From Candidatus Nomurabacteria bacterium (GTDB lineage: Bacteria > Patescibacteriota > Minisyncoccia > Phycocordibacterales > UBA9973), in assembly GCA_026395995.1 (NCBI GenBank), contig JAPLXQ010000010.1, positions 146,400 through 210,399 on the forward strand: a stretch of 64,000 nucleotides of DNA. The letters are read 5' to 3'. The translations under genes were made by a program, and so were the position numbers. The notes under the pieces are model-generated. The model was not told the origin of the DNA. It ran no database searches and saw only the letters and a program-made list of their open reading frames with translations. Shown in pieces: positions 9,598 to 17,897 of the stretch (its first letter is position 1; every line of letters begins with the position of its first letter).

Positions 9598-11328
9598 ATG
9601 ATTAACTCTCCAGTACAACAAATCAAGGAGAGGCTTTCAATCGAAGACATAGTCTCTTCATATATAAAAATTGATAGAGTTGGCAATGCTTTAAAAGCAC
9701 GGTGTCCATTTCATAGTGAAAAATCTCCATCATTTTTTATTTCTCCCGAACGAGGAGGGTATTATTGTTTTGGTTGTGGTGCGAAAGGAGATATATTTAC
9801 TTTTGTTCAAGAATTTGAAGGACTTGATTTTCGTGGTGCGCTCAAGCTTTTAGCTGAGCGTGCCGGGGTCAAGCTCGGAACTTATAATCAAAAAGAAGAG
9901 AGCGAAAAAGAAAAACTCTATCGTGTAATGGATTTTGCTACACTCTTTTTTGAAAAGAATTTATTTACCAATAGAGATGCTATAGAGTATTTAAAGAATA
10001 GGGGACTTAAAGATGAAACCATAAAAGATTTTAGAATTGGTTATTCTTTGCTTGATTGGCGAACACTATATGATCATTTAAAATCTAAAAATTTCACAGA
10101 TAAAGAGATAGAACTTGCTGGTCTTGCAAAACATCCAGACGATGCCAATAAGGCTATGTATGATAGATTTCGTGGCCGGATAATGTTTCCAATTTCTGAT
10201 TCTAGTGGTAGAGTAATTGCTTTTTCAGGTAGAATTTTAGTCGATGATGGAAAATCTGCAAAATATTTAAATAGTCCTGAGACACCGATTTTCAATAAAT
10301 CCTCAGTACTTTTTGGTATCGACAAAGCTAAGGAATCAATAAGAAAAAATAATTTTTCTATTCTTGTCGAAGGGCAAATGGATTTGATTCTTTCTCATCA
10401 AGCTGGATTTAAAAATACAGTAGCTTCCTCTGGCACAGCCATGACTGACTCTGTTATTTCAAAAGAAAATATTATAAATAATTTAGGATTAATTCAAAGA
10501 TTATCAAAAAATATTGTTCTGGCTTATGATGCTGATAAAGCAGGAGTTAATGCTTCAAATCGTTTTGCAAAAATTGCTTTATCTCTCGGTATGGATGTAA
10601 AAGTAGCCCAAATGACAGAAGGAATGGATCCCGCAGATACTATATCAAAACTCGGTGTCGATGCTTGGCGTGAGGCAGTGAGAAACTCGAAACACTTTAT
10701 TGAATTTATGCTTATGCGCATCTTAAAAGATGCTGGAGGAGATAATAGAAAAGCAGGTAGAGATATAAAAGAGCGTTTACTGTCTTTTGTAAATGACCTT
10801 GATAGCTCAATAGAAAAATCTCATTTTATTACTCTCATTAGCAATAAATCAGGTATTGCTGAAAATGCTTTGCTAGAAGATTTAAAAAAAGTAGAGACTG
10901 AGTTAAAGAACGAAAAAGAAGAGACAAAAATTGCCAAAGAAAATGTCGAGAAAAAATTGAGAAAAGACCCAATAGAACGTAGGTTACTTGGTGTCGCTTT
11001 TTGGCAGGAAGGATTGGAAAAAAAGAAAATAGACCCAAATGTAATTTTTGAAAAATTAAATAAAGCTAAAGAAATTTACAAAGATATAAGAGAAGATTTA
11101 ATTTATGAAGCAGAGGAATTTTATTCAAATAATGAAGATTTAAATAAAGATGTAAATGAAATGCTGTGGGCTATAGAAGAAGAATATTTAAATGAAGAAC
11201 TTGCGAAAAATATGATTGAAATGCAAAGTTTAAAAGGAAAAGAGCAAGAAATAGAAATCTTAAAAAAGATTAATGAAATAAATAAAAGAAAAGAAGAAAT
11301 TAAAAATAAAAAAATGGTCGTTAAATAA
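9598..11328 (+). CDS. dnaG: DNA primase DnaG
   Basis: Zn-ribbon CPFHSEKSPSF...CFGCG; RNA-polymerase and TOPRIM region (EGQMDLI, AYDADKAG); coiled-coil Lys/Glu-rich C-terminus. Starts 2 bp after the rpoC stop. Confidence 0.9.
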   Translation: MINSPVQQIKERLSIEDIVSSYIKIDRVGNALKARCPFHSEKSPSFFISPERGGYYCFGCGAKGDIFTFVQEFEGLDFRGALKLLAERAGVKLGTYNQKEESEKEKLYRVMDFATLFFEKNLFTNRDAIEYLKNRGLKDETIKDFRIGYSLLDWRTLYDHLKSKNFTDKEIELAGLAKHPDDANKAMYDRFRGRIMFPISDSSGRVIAFSGRILVDDGKSAKYLNSPETPIFNKSSVLFGIDKAKESIRKNNFSILVEGQMDLILSHQAGFKNTVASSGTAMTDSVISKENIINNLGLIQRLSKNIVLAYDADKAGVNASNRFAKIALSLGMDVKVAQMTEGMDPADTISKLGVDAWREAVRNSKHFIEFMLMRILKDAGGDNRKAGRDIKERLLSFVNDLDSSIEKSHFITLISNKSGIAENALLEDLKKVETELKNEKEETKIAKENVEKKLRKDPIERRLLGVAFWQEGLEKKKIDPNVIFEKLNKAKEIYKDIREDLIYEAEEFYSNNEDLNKDVNEMLWAIEEEYLNEELAKNMIEMQSLKGKEQEIEILKKINEINKRKEEIKNKKMVVK

Positions 11329-11358
11329 TAAATTATCATTAAAGAAGTAAATAATTAT

Positions 11359-12606
11359 ATGAAAAAAACAAAAGTAAAAAAAGTAATAAAAAAACCAGCA
11401 AAAAAAGTTTCCAAACCTGTGAAAAAGGTGGTTAAAAAGGTTGCAAAAAAGATAGATAAAAAAACAAAAGTAGTTGTAAAAAAGGTTAAGAAAGAGGCTG
11501 TAAAAAAAGTTGCAGTCAAAAAATTAAATACAGGTGATAAAAAAGCTCAATTTTTAGATGCTAAAGCTACTGAGCTTATAGAAAAAGGACGCAAGCGTGG
11601 TTTTATTACTTATGATGAACTTTTGAAAACTTTTCCTGATATTGAAAATAACATTCTTTTCTTAGATGAGCTTTATGATAAATTTAATGTAGCCGGTATT
11701 GATGTTCTTGAAGGTGGAAATTTATTGGATCTTGATGCTTTAGAGAAAGATAAAGATTTGAATAAGTCTACAATGCATGATTCTATTCAAATGTATTTGA
11801 AAGAAATTGGTCAATACTCACTTATTTATGCTAGTGAAGAAAAAGATTTAGCGAAGAGAATTGAAAAGGGGGATGAAGAAGCAAAGAATTTACTGGCTCG
11901 TGCGAACCTTCGTCTTGTGGTTTCTATCGCTAAAAAATACGTAGGACGTAGTGCAGACCTTACTTTGCTTGATTTGATTCAAGAAGGAAATTTGGGTCTT
12001 TTTAAGGCTGTTGAAAAATTTGACTGGACTAAGGGTTATAAGTTTTCTACTTATGCGACTTGGTGGATTCGTCAATCTATCACTCGTGCTTTAGCTGATC
12101 AAAGTCGCACTATTCGTATTCCTGTGCACATGGTAGAAACAATTTCAAAATATAAACAAGTTCACCGTCGTCTTTCTCAAGACCTTGGACGTGAACCTCT
12201 TTCAGAAGAAATAGCTACAGAAATGGGGATTGATGTTGAAAAAGTTCATACAATTGAAAGTATTTCTCAAGAGACTATTTCCCTCGAGCAACCAGTCGGA
12301 GATGATGATGATAAATCAACACTCGAAAACTTCGTGGCTGATGATAAGATACTACGTCCTGATCAAGAATCTTCACGTCGTATCCTCGCTGATCAAATCA
12401 AAGAAGTTCTAGATGAACTTAATCCAAAGGAAAGAAAAATTCTTGAAATGCGTTATGGGCTGATGGATGGAATTCAGCATACTCTTGAGAGAGTAGGGGA
12501 AGAATTCGGTGTCACTCGTGAACGTATCCGTCAAATCGAAGCAAAAGTTCATGAAAAGCTACGACAGCATGAAAAAATCGCAAGACTTAAAAATTATTTT
12601 GATTAA
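11359..12606 (+). CDS. rpoD: RNA polymerase sigma-70 factor RpoD with a ~55-aa KK/AK/PV-rich, histone-H1-like N-terminal extension
   Basis: Regions 1.2-4 conserved ([35 protein letters not shown], region 4 [18 protein letters not shown]). Confidence 0.9.
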   Translation: MKKTKVKKVIKKPAKKVSKPVKKVVKKVAKKIDKKTKVVVKKVKKEAVKKVAVKKLNTGDKKAQFLDAKATELIEKGRKRGFITYDELLKTFPDIENNILFLDELYDKFNVAGIDVLEGGNLLDLDALEKDKDLNKSTMHDSIQMYLKEIGQYSLIYASEEKDLAKRIEKGDEEAKNLLARANLRLVVSIAKKYVGRSADLTLLDLIQEGNLGLFKAVEKFDWTKGYKFSTYATWWIRQSITRALADQSRTIRIPVHMVETISKYKQVHRRLSQDLGREPLSEEIATEMGIDVEKVHTIESISQETISLEQPVGDDDDKSTLENFVADDKILRPDQESSRRILADQIKEVLDELNPKERKILEMRYGLMDGIQHTLERVGEEFGVTRERIRQIEAKVHEKLRQHEKIARLKNYFD

Positions 12607-12612
12607 AACACA

Positions 12613-12691
12613 ACCCCTCCCGACCTCCCCTTATCAAGGGAGGAGGAAATGCTAAGCCTTTAATTCCCCCTGACAAGGGGGTTAGGGGGTT
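12613..12691. repeat. degenerate copy of the GC-rich compound palindromic element (intergenic, after rpoD)
   Basis: cccctcccgacctccccttatcaagggaggagg and ccccctgacaagggggttaggggg hairpins resemble the right arm of the uvrA/uvrB/uvrC copies. Confidence 0.5.
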
Positions 12692-12725
12692 GTATTATCC
12701 TTATTTTATAAGGGCTTTTTAGTGC

Positions 12726-12755
12726 TTGACAGAATGGTATTAAATATGCTATCAT
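12726..12755 (+). promoter_or_regulatory. sigma70-like promoter candidate (TTGACA, 18-nt spacer, TATCAT) upstream of the DGR target gene
   Basis: Hexamers read from the sequence, ~65 nt upstream of the ATG at 12820. Confidence 0.3.
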
Positions 12756-12819
12756 ATAAGTTGAAATAGTATAGTGCTATTTTATAACAGAATAATAAAC
12801 AAAAAAAAGATTACAGATC

Positions 12820-13536
12820 ATGAAAAATGAAACAAAATCTGACAGACTGAGCTTTGCACAGCTGGGTGTCCTTGCAGGAATCATTATGGAATTCCTTGCA
12901 GTAATGTTCAATGCTCCACAGCTAAAATATTGGCTTGAGCATAAAACGGAGTTAAAGAAAAGGCTTCGTGAAGTTTTTAAAATTGTAGATGAGTATGTCG
13001 ACATTCGTATAGAATGGGCTACTTTCTACAAAAAGAATTTTGACTGGGAAGTAGATTTCAGTCATGTAATAATTCCAACAATGCCGACTATTGGTAAATG
13101 GAGATTATTATTTATTCCGAAAGGAATGAGACCACAGCTTGCTTTTGAAGTTTGTACAAAGCTTTTTAAAACAAGTAAGTATTGTGATAACTTGGATGAT
13201 GCGATTGGTAAAAACATTCGTACAACAGGTGAACATTATGCTGTGTGGGTTCGTGACGAAGTTGAACCAGATTCAGAAACATTGGGCAAATCAACTCGCC
13301 AAGCGGATCCTGATATGAAAGTTGGAATCACATTGCTTGAAGGAATTATTTTTGAAATTAAGTATTTTACTGAAACCGGTAAACATCTTAATATTAAAGG
13401 AGTTACTTTTTGTAGCGGTTCTCGCATTTCTGGTGGCAATGTTCCGAGCGTGAGTTGGAGCGATGGCAAGTTCGAGGTGTACTGGAACGACTTGGACAAT
13501 TCGGTTTCGTATTATGGTATCCGTTCAGCAGTTTAA
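12820..13536 (+). CDS. DGR variable target protein (238 aa). The C-terminal ~40 aa is encoded by the VR; hydrophobic N-terminal segment; no other recognisable domain
   Basis: VR lies in-frame in the last 40 codons. C-terminus CSGSRISGGNVPSVSWSDGKFEVYWNDLDNSVSYYGIRSAV. Variable codons correspond to AAY/GAY/AAG codons in the TR. Confidence 0.8.
   Translation: MKNETKSDRLSFAQLGVLAGIIMEFLAVMFNAPQLKYWLEHKTELKKRLREVFKIVDEYVDIRIEWATFYKKNFDWEVDFSHVIIPTMPTIGKWRLLFIPKGMRPQLAFEVCTKLFKTSKYCDNLDDAIGKNIRTTGEHYAVWVRDEVEPDSETLGKSTRQADPDMKVGITLLEGIIFEIKYFTETGKHLNIKGVTFCSGSRISGGNVPSVSWSDGKFEVYWNDLDNSVSYYGIRSAV
13415..13534 (+). repeat. DGR variable repeat (VR), 120 bp
   Basis: Direct repeat of 13797-13916 with 13 mismatches, all at TR adenines. 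The 3' end (ggtatccgttcag) is conserved and may serve as the homing-initiation sequence. Confidence 0.85.
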
Positions 13537-13564
13537 TCTTTTATTTTTTTAACTTTTAACCTTA

Positions 13565-13600
13565 ATCAGTGTTTGCTATGCAAACACTGATTTTTTTATG
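13565..13600 (+). terminator. hairpin plus T7 30 nt downstream of VR (terminator and/or DGR target-recognition cruciform)
   Basis: atcagtgtttgc-tatg-caaacactgat then ttttttt. Confidence 0.5.
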
Positions 13601-13796
13601 CTAAAATATACTCGGCTGTTAAATTGATTTGGCTTCGGCTAGATAACAATTTGCCATATAAAGAAACTGCCTGCAATTAATAAAGCATAGATAATTCAGT
13701 TTTGTATTGATGCACCACATTGCTCGTTGTGAAGCGAGATAACTCAGAAAATTTGGAAACAGATTTTCGGTGAAATGGAATATTTATTGCGGTAGA

Positions 13797-13916
13797 GCGG
13801 TTCTCGCAATTCTGATGGCAATGTTCCGAACGTGAATTGGAACGATGACAAGTTCAAGGTGAACTGGAACAACTTGGACAATTCGAATTCGAATTATGGT
13901 ATCCGTTCAGAAGTTT
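13797..13916 (+). repeat. DGR template repeat (TR), 120 bp, same orientation as VR
   Basis: About 35 A residues, of which 13 differ in the VR (to G x8, T x4, C x1). In the VR reading frame the TR carries many AAC/AAT codons. Confidence 0.85.
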
Positions 13917-13917
13917 C

Positions 13918-14262
13918 TCATAACAATCCGCTCTGTTTGGGCGGATTTTGTGTTTGAGTATATTTGAGCCAGCCATTTATCATCTTTGAAATTTCTTGAA
14001 GTTTCAATTCTATTTGTAAATATATAGTTTCGGTAATTATTTTTAATTCATATTCTGTGCGGATAAGTTGTTTCAATGTTTCTGTTTGTAGCCTTGCTTG
14101 TTTAAGTAGAATAATTTTATCTACCTTTGATTCAAGTGATGCACTAATGAGCAACGAAAAACTTTTTAAAAATTCTTTTTCAATATAGTTATGTAGTCCA
14201 AGTTTGTCACGTTTCGGTAATTTATTTCCAATTAAATAAATATAAGCGTATAATTTACGCAT
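13918..14262 (-). CDS. avd: Avd-like accessory variability determinant (basic four-helix-bundle / 23S rRNA IVS protein family)
   Basis: YAYIYLIGNKLPKRDKLGLHNYIEKE fits the KFPKxxxYxL motif of this family; ~114 aa and basic. The ORF is also open back to an upstream ATG at 14322, which would overlap the RT start; the start at 14262 is preferred. Confidence 0.7.
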   Translation of the reverse strand: MRKLYAYIYLIGNKLPKRDKLGLHNYIEKEFLKSFSLLISASLESKVDKIILLKQARLQTETLKQLIRTEYELKIITETIYLQIELKLQEISKMINGWLKYTQTQNPPKQSGLL

Positions 14263-14265
14263 CTT

Positions 14266-15393
14266 ATGGACAACTGGAATATCAAAGTCGTTGGGGGGGG
14301 TGCTAATCAAAGTCTCCTTCATAATATCGTAAGTTTACCAAATTTACTGCAAGCATGGAAGGAATTTAAAAGGTGTAAAAATTCCAAAAAAGACATTGCT
14401 GAATTTGAATTTAATTTAGAAAATAATTTATTTTCCTTGTACAGTAATTTAATAAATAAAACATACATACCAGACCCATACCAAGCATTCTTTGTTTATG
14501 ATCCAAAACGACGACATATACACAAAGCTACAGTCAAAGATAGAGTTTTACATCAAGCTATTTTTAAGATTTTATATCCAATATTTGATAAGCATTTTAT
14601 TTATGATTCTTATTCATCACGCAAAGGAAAGGGAACTCATAAGGCGTCACAACAGCTTTTTATAGTATTAAGGAAAGAGAGCAAAAACTGGCGAGTGCCA
14701 GTTTTTGCTCTTAAGTGTGACATTAGAAAATTTTTTGATTCTGTAGATCACAACATTTTATTTGAGTTAATAAAAAAGAAAATAACAGATGAAGAAACTT
14801 TAACTTTAATTAAACAAATTTTAGATAGCTTTGAAGTTAAAAATAAAATGTTAACAAACTCAGCGATAGCAGAAAGTGTTAACATTTCAAGACGAGGTTT
14901 ACCTCTTGGTAATGTAACGAGCCAGCTTTTTGCAAATATCTACTTAAATGAATTAGATCAATTCGTGAAACATAACTTGAAAGTAAAAAGTTATTTTAGA
15001 TATGCAGATGATTTTGTGTTGCTTTCTAGAGATAGAAAAATTTTAGAAAACTACATATTAGAAATTCAGGATTTTTTAGATAAAAATTTAAAATTACAAT
15101 TACACCCAAATAAAATTTCAATAAGAAAAGTAACACAAGGGATTGATTTTGTGGGATATGTAATTTTACCTGATACAGTGGTATTAAGAACTAAAACAAA
15201 AAAGAGAATTTTTAAAAAGTTAAAAACTGTAAAAGACAAATTAGTTAACAAAAAATCAACTAAAGAAAACTTTAATCAAACTAAAACTTCCTATTTAGGA
15301 ATTCTTACTCATTGTAAAGATAAGGAAATTAAAAGAGGGATAAACAGAATTTTATTGCAATGCTTTATCAATTTTGCCAGTGACCATCAATAG
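14266..15393 (+). CDS. DGR reverse transcriptase
   Basis: RT motifs: PKRRHIHKATVKDRVLHQAI (1/2), ALKCDIRKFFDSVDH (3), motif 4 GLPLGNVTSQLFANIYL with the DGR-specific [ILV]GxxxSQ signature, YADDFVLL (5). The N-terminal region aligns with the Bordetella phage bRT pattern (...YDPKRR.I.KA...DRV.HQAI...IFD..FIYDSY..RKGKGTH.A). G8 homopolymer at 14293-14300. Confidence 0.9.
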   Translation: MDNWNIKVVGGGANQSLLHNIVSLPNLLQAWKEFKRCKNSKKDIAEFEFNLENNLFSLYSNLINKTYIPDPYQAFFVYDPKRRHIHKATVKDRVLHQAIFKILYPIFDKHFIYDSYSSRKGKGTHKASQQLFIVLRKESKNWRVPVFALKCDIRKFFDSVDHNILFELIKKKITDEETLTLIKQILDSFEVKNKMLTNSAIAESVNISRRGLPLGNVTSQLFANIYLNELDQFVKHNLKVKSYFRYADDFVLLSRDRKILENYILEIQDFLDKNLKLQLHPNKISIRKVTQGIDFVGYVILPDTVVLRTKTKKRIFKKLKTVKDKLVNKKSTKENFNQTKTSYLGILTHCKDKEIKRGINRILLQCFINFASDHQ

Positions 15394-16113
15394 TGGTTCA
15401 GCGCCGTCGATTGTGTCGAGGACTTTGCCGTCTTTGATGATGAACCCTTTTGGTGTGCCGTTTACTCCAGCCTTACCACCTTCTTCGGTAGAATCGACAA
15501 TGGCTTTTGAATATTTACCAGAATCTAAACATGTATTAAATATGGTTGTATCAAGACCTAAACCTTTAGCAAAAGATTTCAAGTTTTTATCTGCAAAGGC
15601 ACCTTTATTTTCACCTTGTTGATGAGTGAAGAGATAATCATGATATTCCCAGAATTTATTTTGATCACCAGCACAACGAGCTGCTTCAGCTGATTTGACT
15701 GATTCAGCTCCTAGGAAAGCAAAATCTCTTGAGATTAATGAGATTTTTCCATTCTTGATATAAGAATCATTTAAACCTTGCTCAGTCTCACTAAAGAATT
15801 TCCCACAAAATGGACACTGAAAGTCTGTGTACAAAATGACAGAAATAGGGGCATTTATGTTTCCTAGAATTCTATCAGTATTTGAGACAGGGGTGGGTGT
15901 GTCTGTCTTTTTAGCATTATTTTTTCCAGTATCTTCTACTTTAGCTACTTTGTCTGAGTTGTCACTATTACTACCACCTGTCAACCAATAAAAACCTATT
16001 AAAATAGAAGCTGAAATTAAAACTCCAGTTATGATAATAGCGACGGGTGTTGTCAATTCAAACTCTTTTTTATCACCGATTTGGACCACTTTTAAATCTT
16101 CATTATTTTCCAT
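15352..16113 (-). CDS. DsbA-family thiol:disulfide oxidoreductase, membrane-anchored
   Basis: N-terminal TM helix; thioredoxin CPFC active site (DFQCPFCGKF); DsbA-like length. The 3' end overlaps the RT 3' end by 42 bp, convergent. Confidence 0.75.
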   Translation of the reverse strand: MENNEDLKVVQIGDKKEFELTTPVAIIITGVLISASILIGFYWLTGGSNSDNSDKVAKVEDTGKNNAKKTDTPTPVSNTDRILGNINAPISVILYTDFQCPFCGKFFSETEQGLNDSYIKNGKISLISRDFAFLGAESVKSAEAARCAGDQNKFWEYHDYLFTHQQGENKGAFADKNLKSFAKGLGLDTTIFNTCLDSGKYSKAIVDSTEEGGKAGVNGTPKGFIIKDGKVLDTIDGAEPLLMVTGKIDKALQ

Positions 16114-16249
16114 AAATATTTATTTTATTACTAATATGTATGATATTGTATCATATTTTTTGCTTATGCTATAATTAAACTATTATTAATTAATTTGTAT
16201 TGCTTAAGAAAAATTAAGAAATAATTTTCTTTTGTGATTATAAAATAAA

Positions 16250-16519
16250 ATGTGTAAAGGAAAATGTGTCCCTGCAATGATTGCTAAAATATTAGTTATC
16301 GTAGGAGGTATAAACTGGGGATTAGTAGGATTAGGAATGTTTATGAGTGCAAACTGGAATCTTGTAAATATGATCTTTGGTACTATGCCAAAAATCGAAG
16401 CTGTAGTATACATATTAGTAGGTGTCTCAGCTGTTATGATGATTTTTGGTTGCAAATGTCAAAAGTGTGCTGAGGCTTGTGCTACATGTGGCACAGAAGC
16501 TAAAGCAGGAAATAACTAG
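16250..16519 (+). CDS. small membrane protein, DUF378-like (INWGLVGLG motif), with Cys-rich termini (CKGKC ... CKCQKCAEACATCG)
   Basis: The motif xGGxNWGLVG is typical of DUF378. The Cys clusters at both ends are unusual for that family. Confidence 0.5.
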   Translation: MCKGKCVPAMIAKILVIVGGINWGLVGLGMFMSANWNLVNMIFGTMPKIEAVVYILVGVSAVMMIFGCKCQKCAEACATCGTEAKAGNN

Positions 16520-16530
16520 TATAAAAATAG

Positions 16531-16580
16531 TTAAAATAGCAATTAACCCTGTCGCTCTCAAGCGACAGGATTTTGCTTTT
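16531..16580 (+). terminator. rho-independent terminator
   Basis: cctgtcgct-ctcaa-gcgacagg then attttgcttttt. Confidence 0.5.
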
Positions 16581-16591
16581 TAGGTCATAAT

Positions 16592-17893
16592 ATGTTAAAA
16601 TATAAAGGTCTTATGGCTTTATTTTTAAATATTATATTTTATATTCTAACCTTCTTGGCTATTTATGTGCAGGTCTTTTTCTTGGTAACTTTTTTTGAAA
16701 ATCGAAAAAAAATAGTAATTAGAACAAAAGATATTGAACTTGAACATTATCCATCTGTGACGATCATTGTTCCTTGTTATAATGAAGAAAATACTGTCGG
16801 TAATACTATAAATTCTCTTTCAGCCCTCAATTATCCAAAAGATAAATTAAATATTATTGTCGTCGATAATGCTTCTAAAGATGGTACTTGGGATGTTTTA
16901 CAAAATTATACAGATAATCCTCAAATTAAAATTTTTCAAGAAATAAAAGTAGGGAAGCACAATGCACTCAATAAAGGTCTTGAAAATATTACTACTGATT
17001 TTGTCGGTTGTCTTGATGCCGATTCCACTGTTCACCCAGAAGCTTTAAAAAGGATTATGACTTATTTTTCTAATCCTAAAACAATGGCTGTCGCTCCATC
17101 TATTGTGGTAAATAATCCTAAAAATCTTATTCAATATGCCCAGCGTGCTGAATATGACATGGCTCATTATAATAAAAAAATGTTAGCTTTTTTGGGTGGT
17201 ATTCATGTGACACCTGGACCTTTTTCTATTTTTCGTAAAGAAGTTTTTGAGCAAATTGGTATTTACAAAAAAGCACATCATACAGAAGATCAAGAAATTG
17301 CACTTCGTATGCAAAAAAATGGTTTACAAATAGATCATGCTCCAGATGCTTATGTCTACACCAATAGTCCTAGTAGTGTGCCAAAACTTTATCGTCAGCG
17401 TGTGCGTTGGATTTATGGTTTCATTAGAAATGCACTTGATTATCGAGAATTATTTTTTAAACCTAAATATGGGTCAATAGGAATTTTTACACTACCATCT
17501 GGTTTTATTTCTGTCATTGGAACAATATTCCTTTTACTTTTTTCTTTTGTTCAGTTGTATACCGTCATTGCTCGTAAAATTTTACAAACTCAAGCTGTCG
17601 GTTTTCATATTATAAATGGTAAAGTTTTTAGTTTTGATTTTTTTACACTAGATTCTAGGACTTTTGTTTTTGTTTCGATAATGTTGTATATTTTAGTAAT
17701 CATTGGCTTATTAAACGGCCGTAGAATGATTCATGGTAGAAAGAAATATATCTGGTGGGATATACCTGTTTTTATCATTATATACATGTTTATAGCCCCG
17801 ATATGGCTCCTCAAGGCTGTCTGGAATGCAGTGACCTCCAAAGAGGCTAGTTGGGCTAAAGAACGTGATTATTTGATTAAAAGTAATAATTAA
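16592..17893 (+). CDS. family-2 glycosyltransferase, processive (cellulose/chitin/PNAG-synthase-like), integral membrane
   Basis: VTIIVPCYNEE, DAD motif (GCLDADS), QRVRW (QxxRW) motif, flanking TM helices. Confidence 0.75.
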   Translation: MLKYKGLMALFLNIIFYILTFLAIYVQVFFLVTFFENRKKIVIRTKDIELEHYPSVTIIVPCYNEENTVGNTINSLSALNYPKDKLNIIVVDNASKDGTWDVLQNYTDNPQIKIFQEIKVGKHNALNKGLENITTDFVGCLDADSTVHPEALKRIMTYFSNPKTMAVAPSIVVNNPKNLIQYAQRAEYDMAHYNKKMLAFLGGIHVTPGPFSIFRKEVFEQIGIYKKAHHTEDQEIALRMQKNGLQIDHAPDAYVYTNSPSSVPKLYRQRVRWIYGFIRNALDYRELFFKPKYGSIGIFTLPSGFISVIGTIFLLLFSFVQLYTVIARKILQTQAVGFHIINGKVFSFDFFTLDSRTFVFVSIMLYILVIIGLLNGRRMIHGRKKYIWWDIPVFIIIYMFIAPIWLLKAVWNAVTSKEASWAKERDYLIKSNN

Positions 17894-17897
17894 AAAT

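Larger units (their letters stand above)
12820..15393 (+). mobile_element. diversity-generating retroelement (DGR) cassette: target gene with VR, TR, avd (opposite strand), reverse transcriptase
   Basis: VR/TR pair with exclusively adenine-specific mismatches, plus Avd-like and DGR-type RT genes (see the component features). Confidence 0.85.

Noticed and set aside
2927-9621. Numerous 60-125-aa antisense or alternative-frame ORFs within rpoB, rpoC, dnaG, copA etc. in the ORF track
   Set aside because: They are fully nested in strongly supported long genes with no independent signals; treated as spurious.
13415-13916. VR/TR pair as a simple segmental duplication of the gene 3' end
   Set aside because: All 13 differences are confined to adenines of one copy and the non-A bases are 100% identical; an adjacent RT and Avd make a DGR the better explanation.
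14266-15393. Group II intron or retron reverse transcriptase
   Set aside because: There is no maturase/X domain, no intron RNA domains and no msr/msd-like inverted repeats; motif 4 is LGxxxSQ (DGR type) and a TR/VR pair is present.
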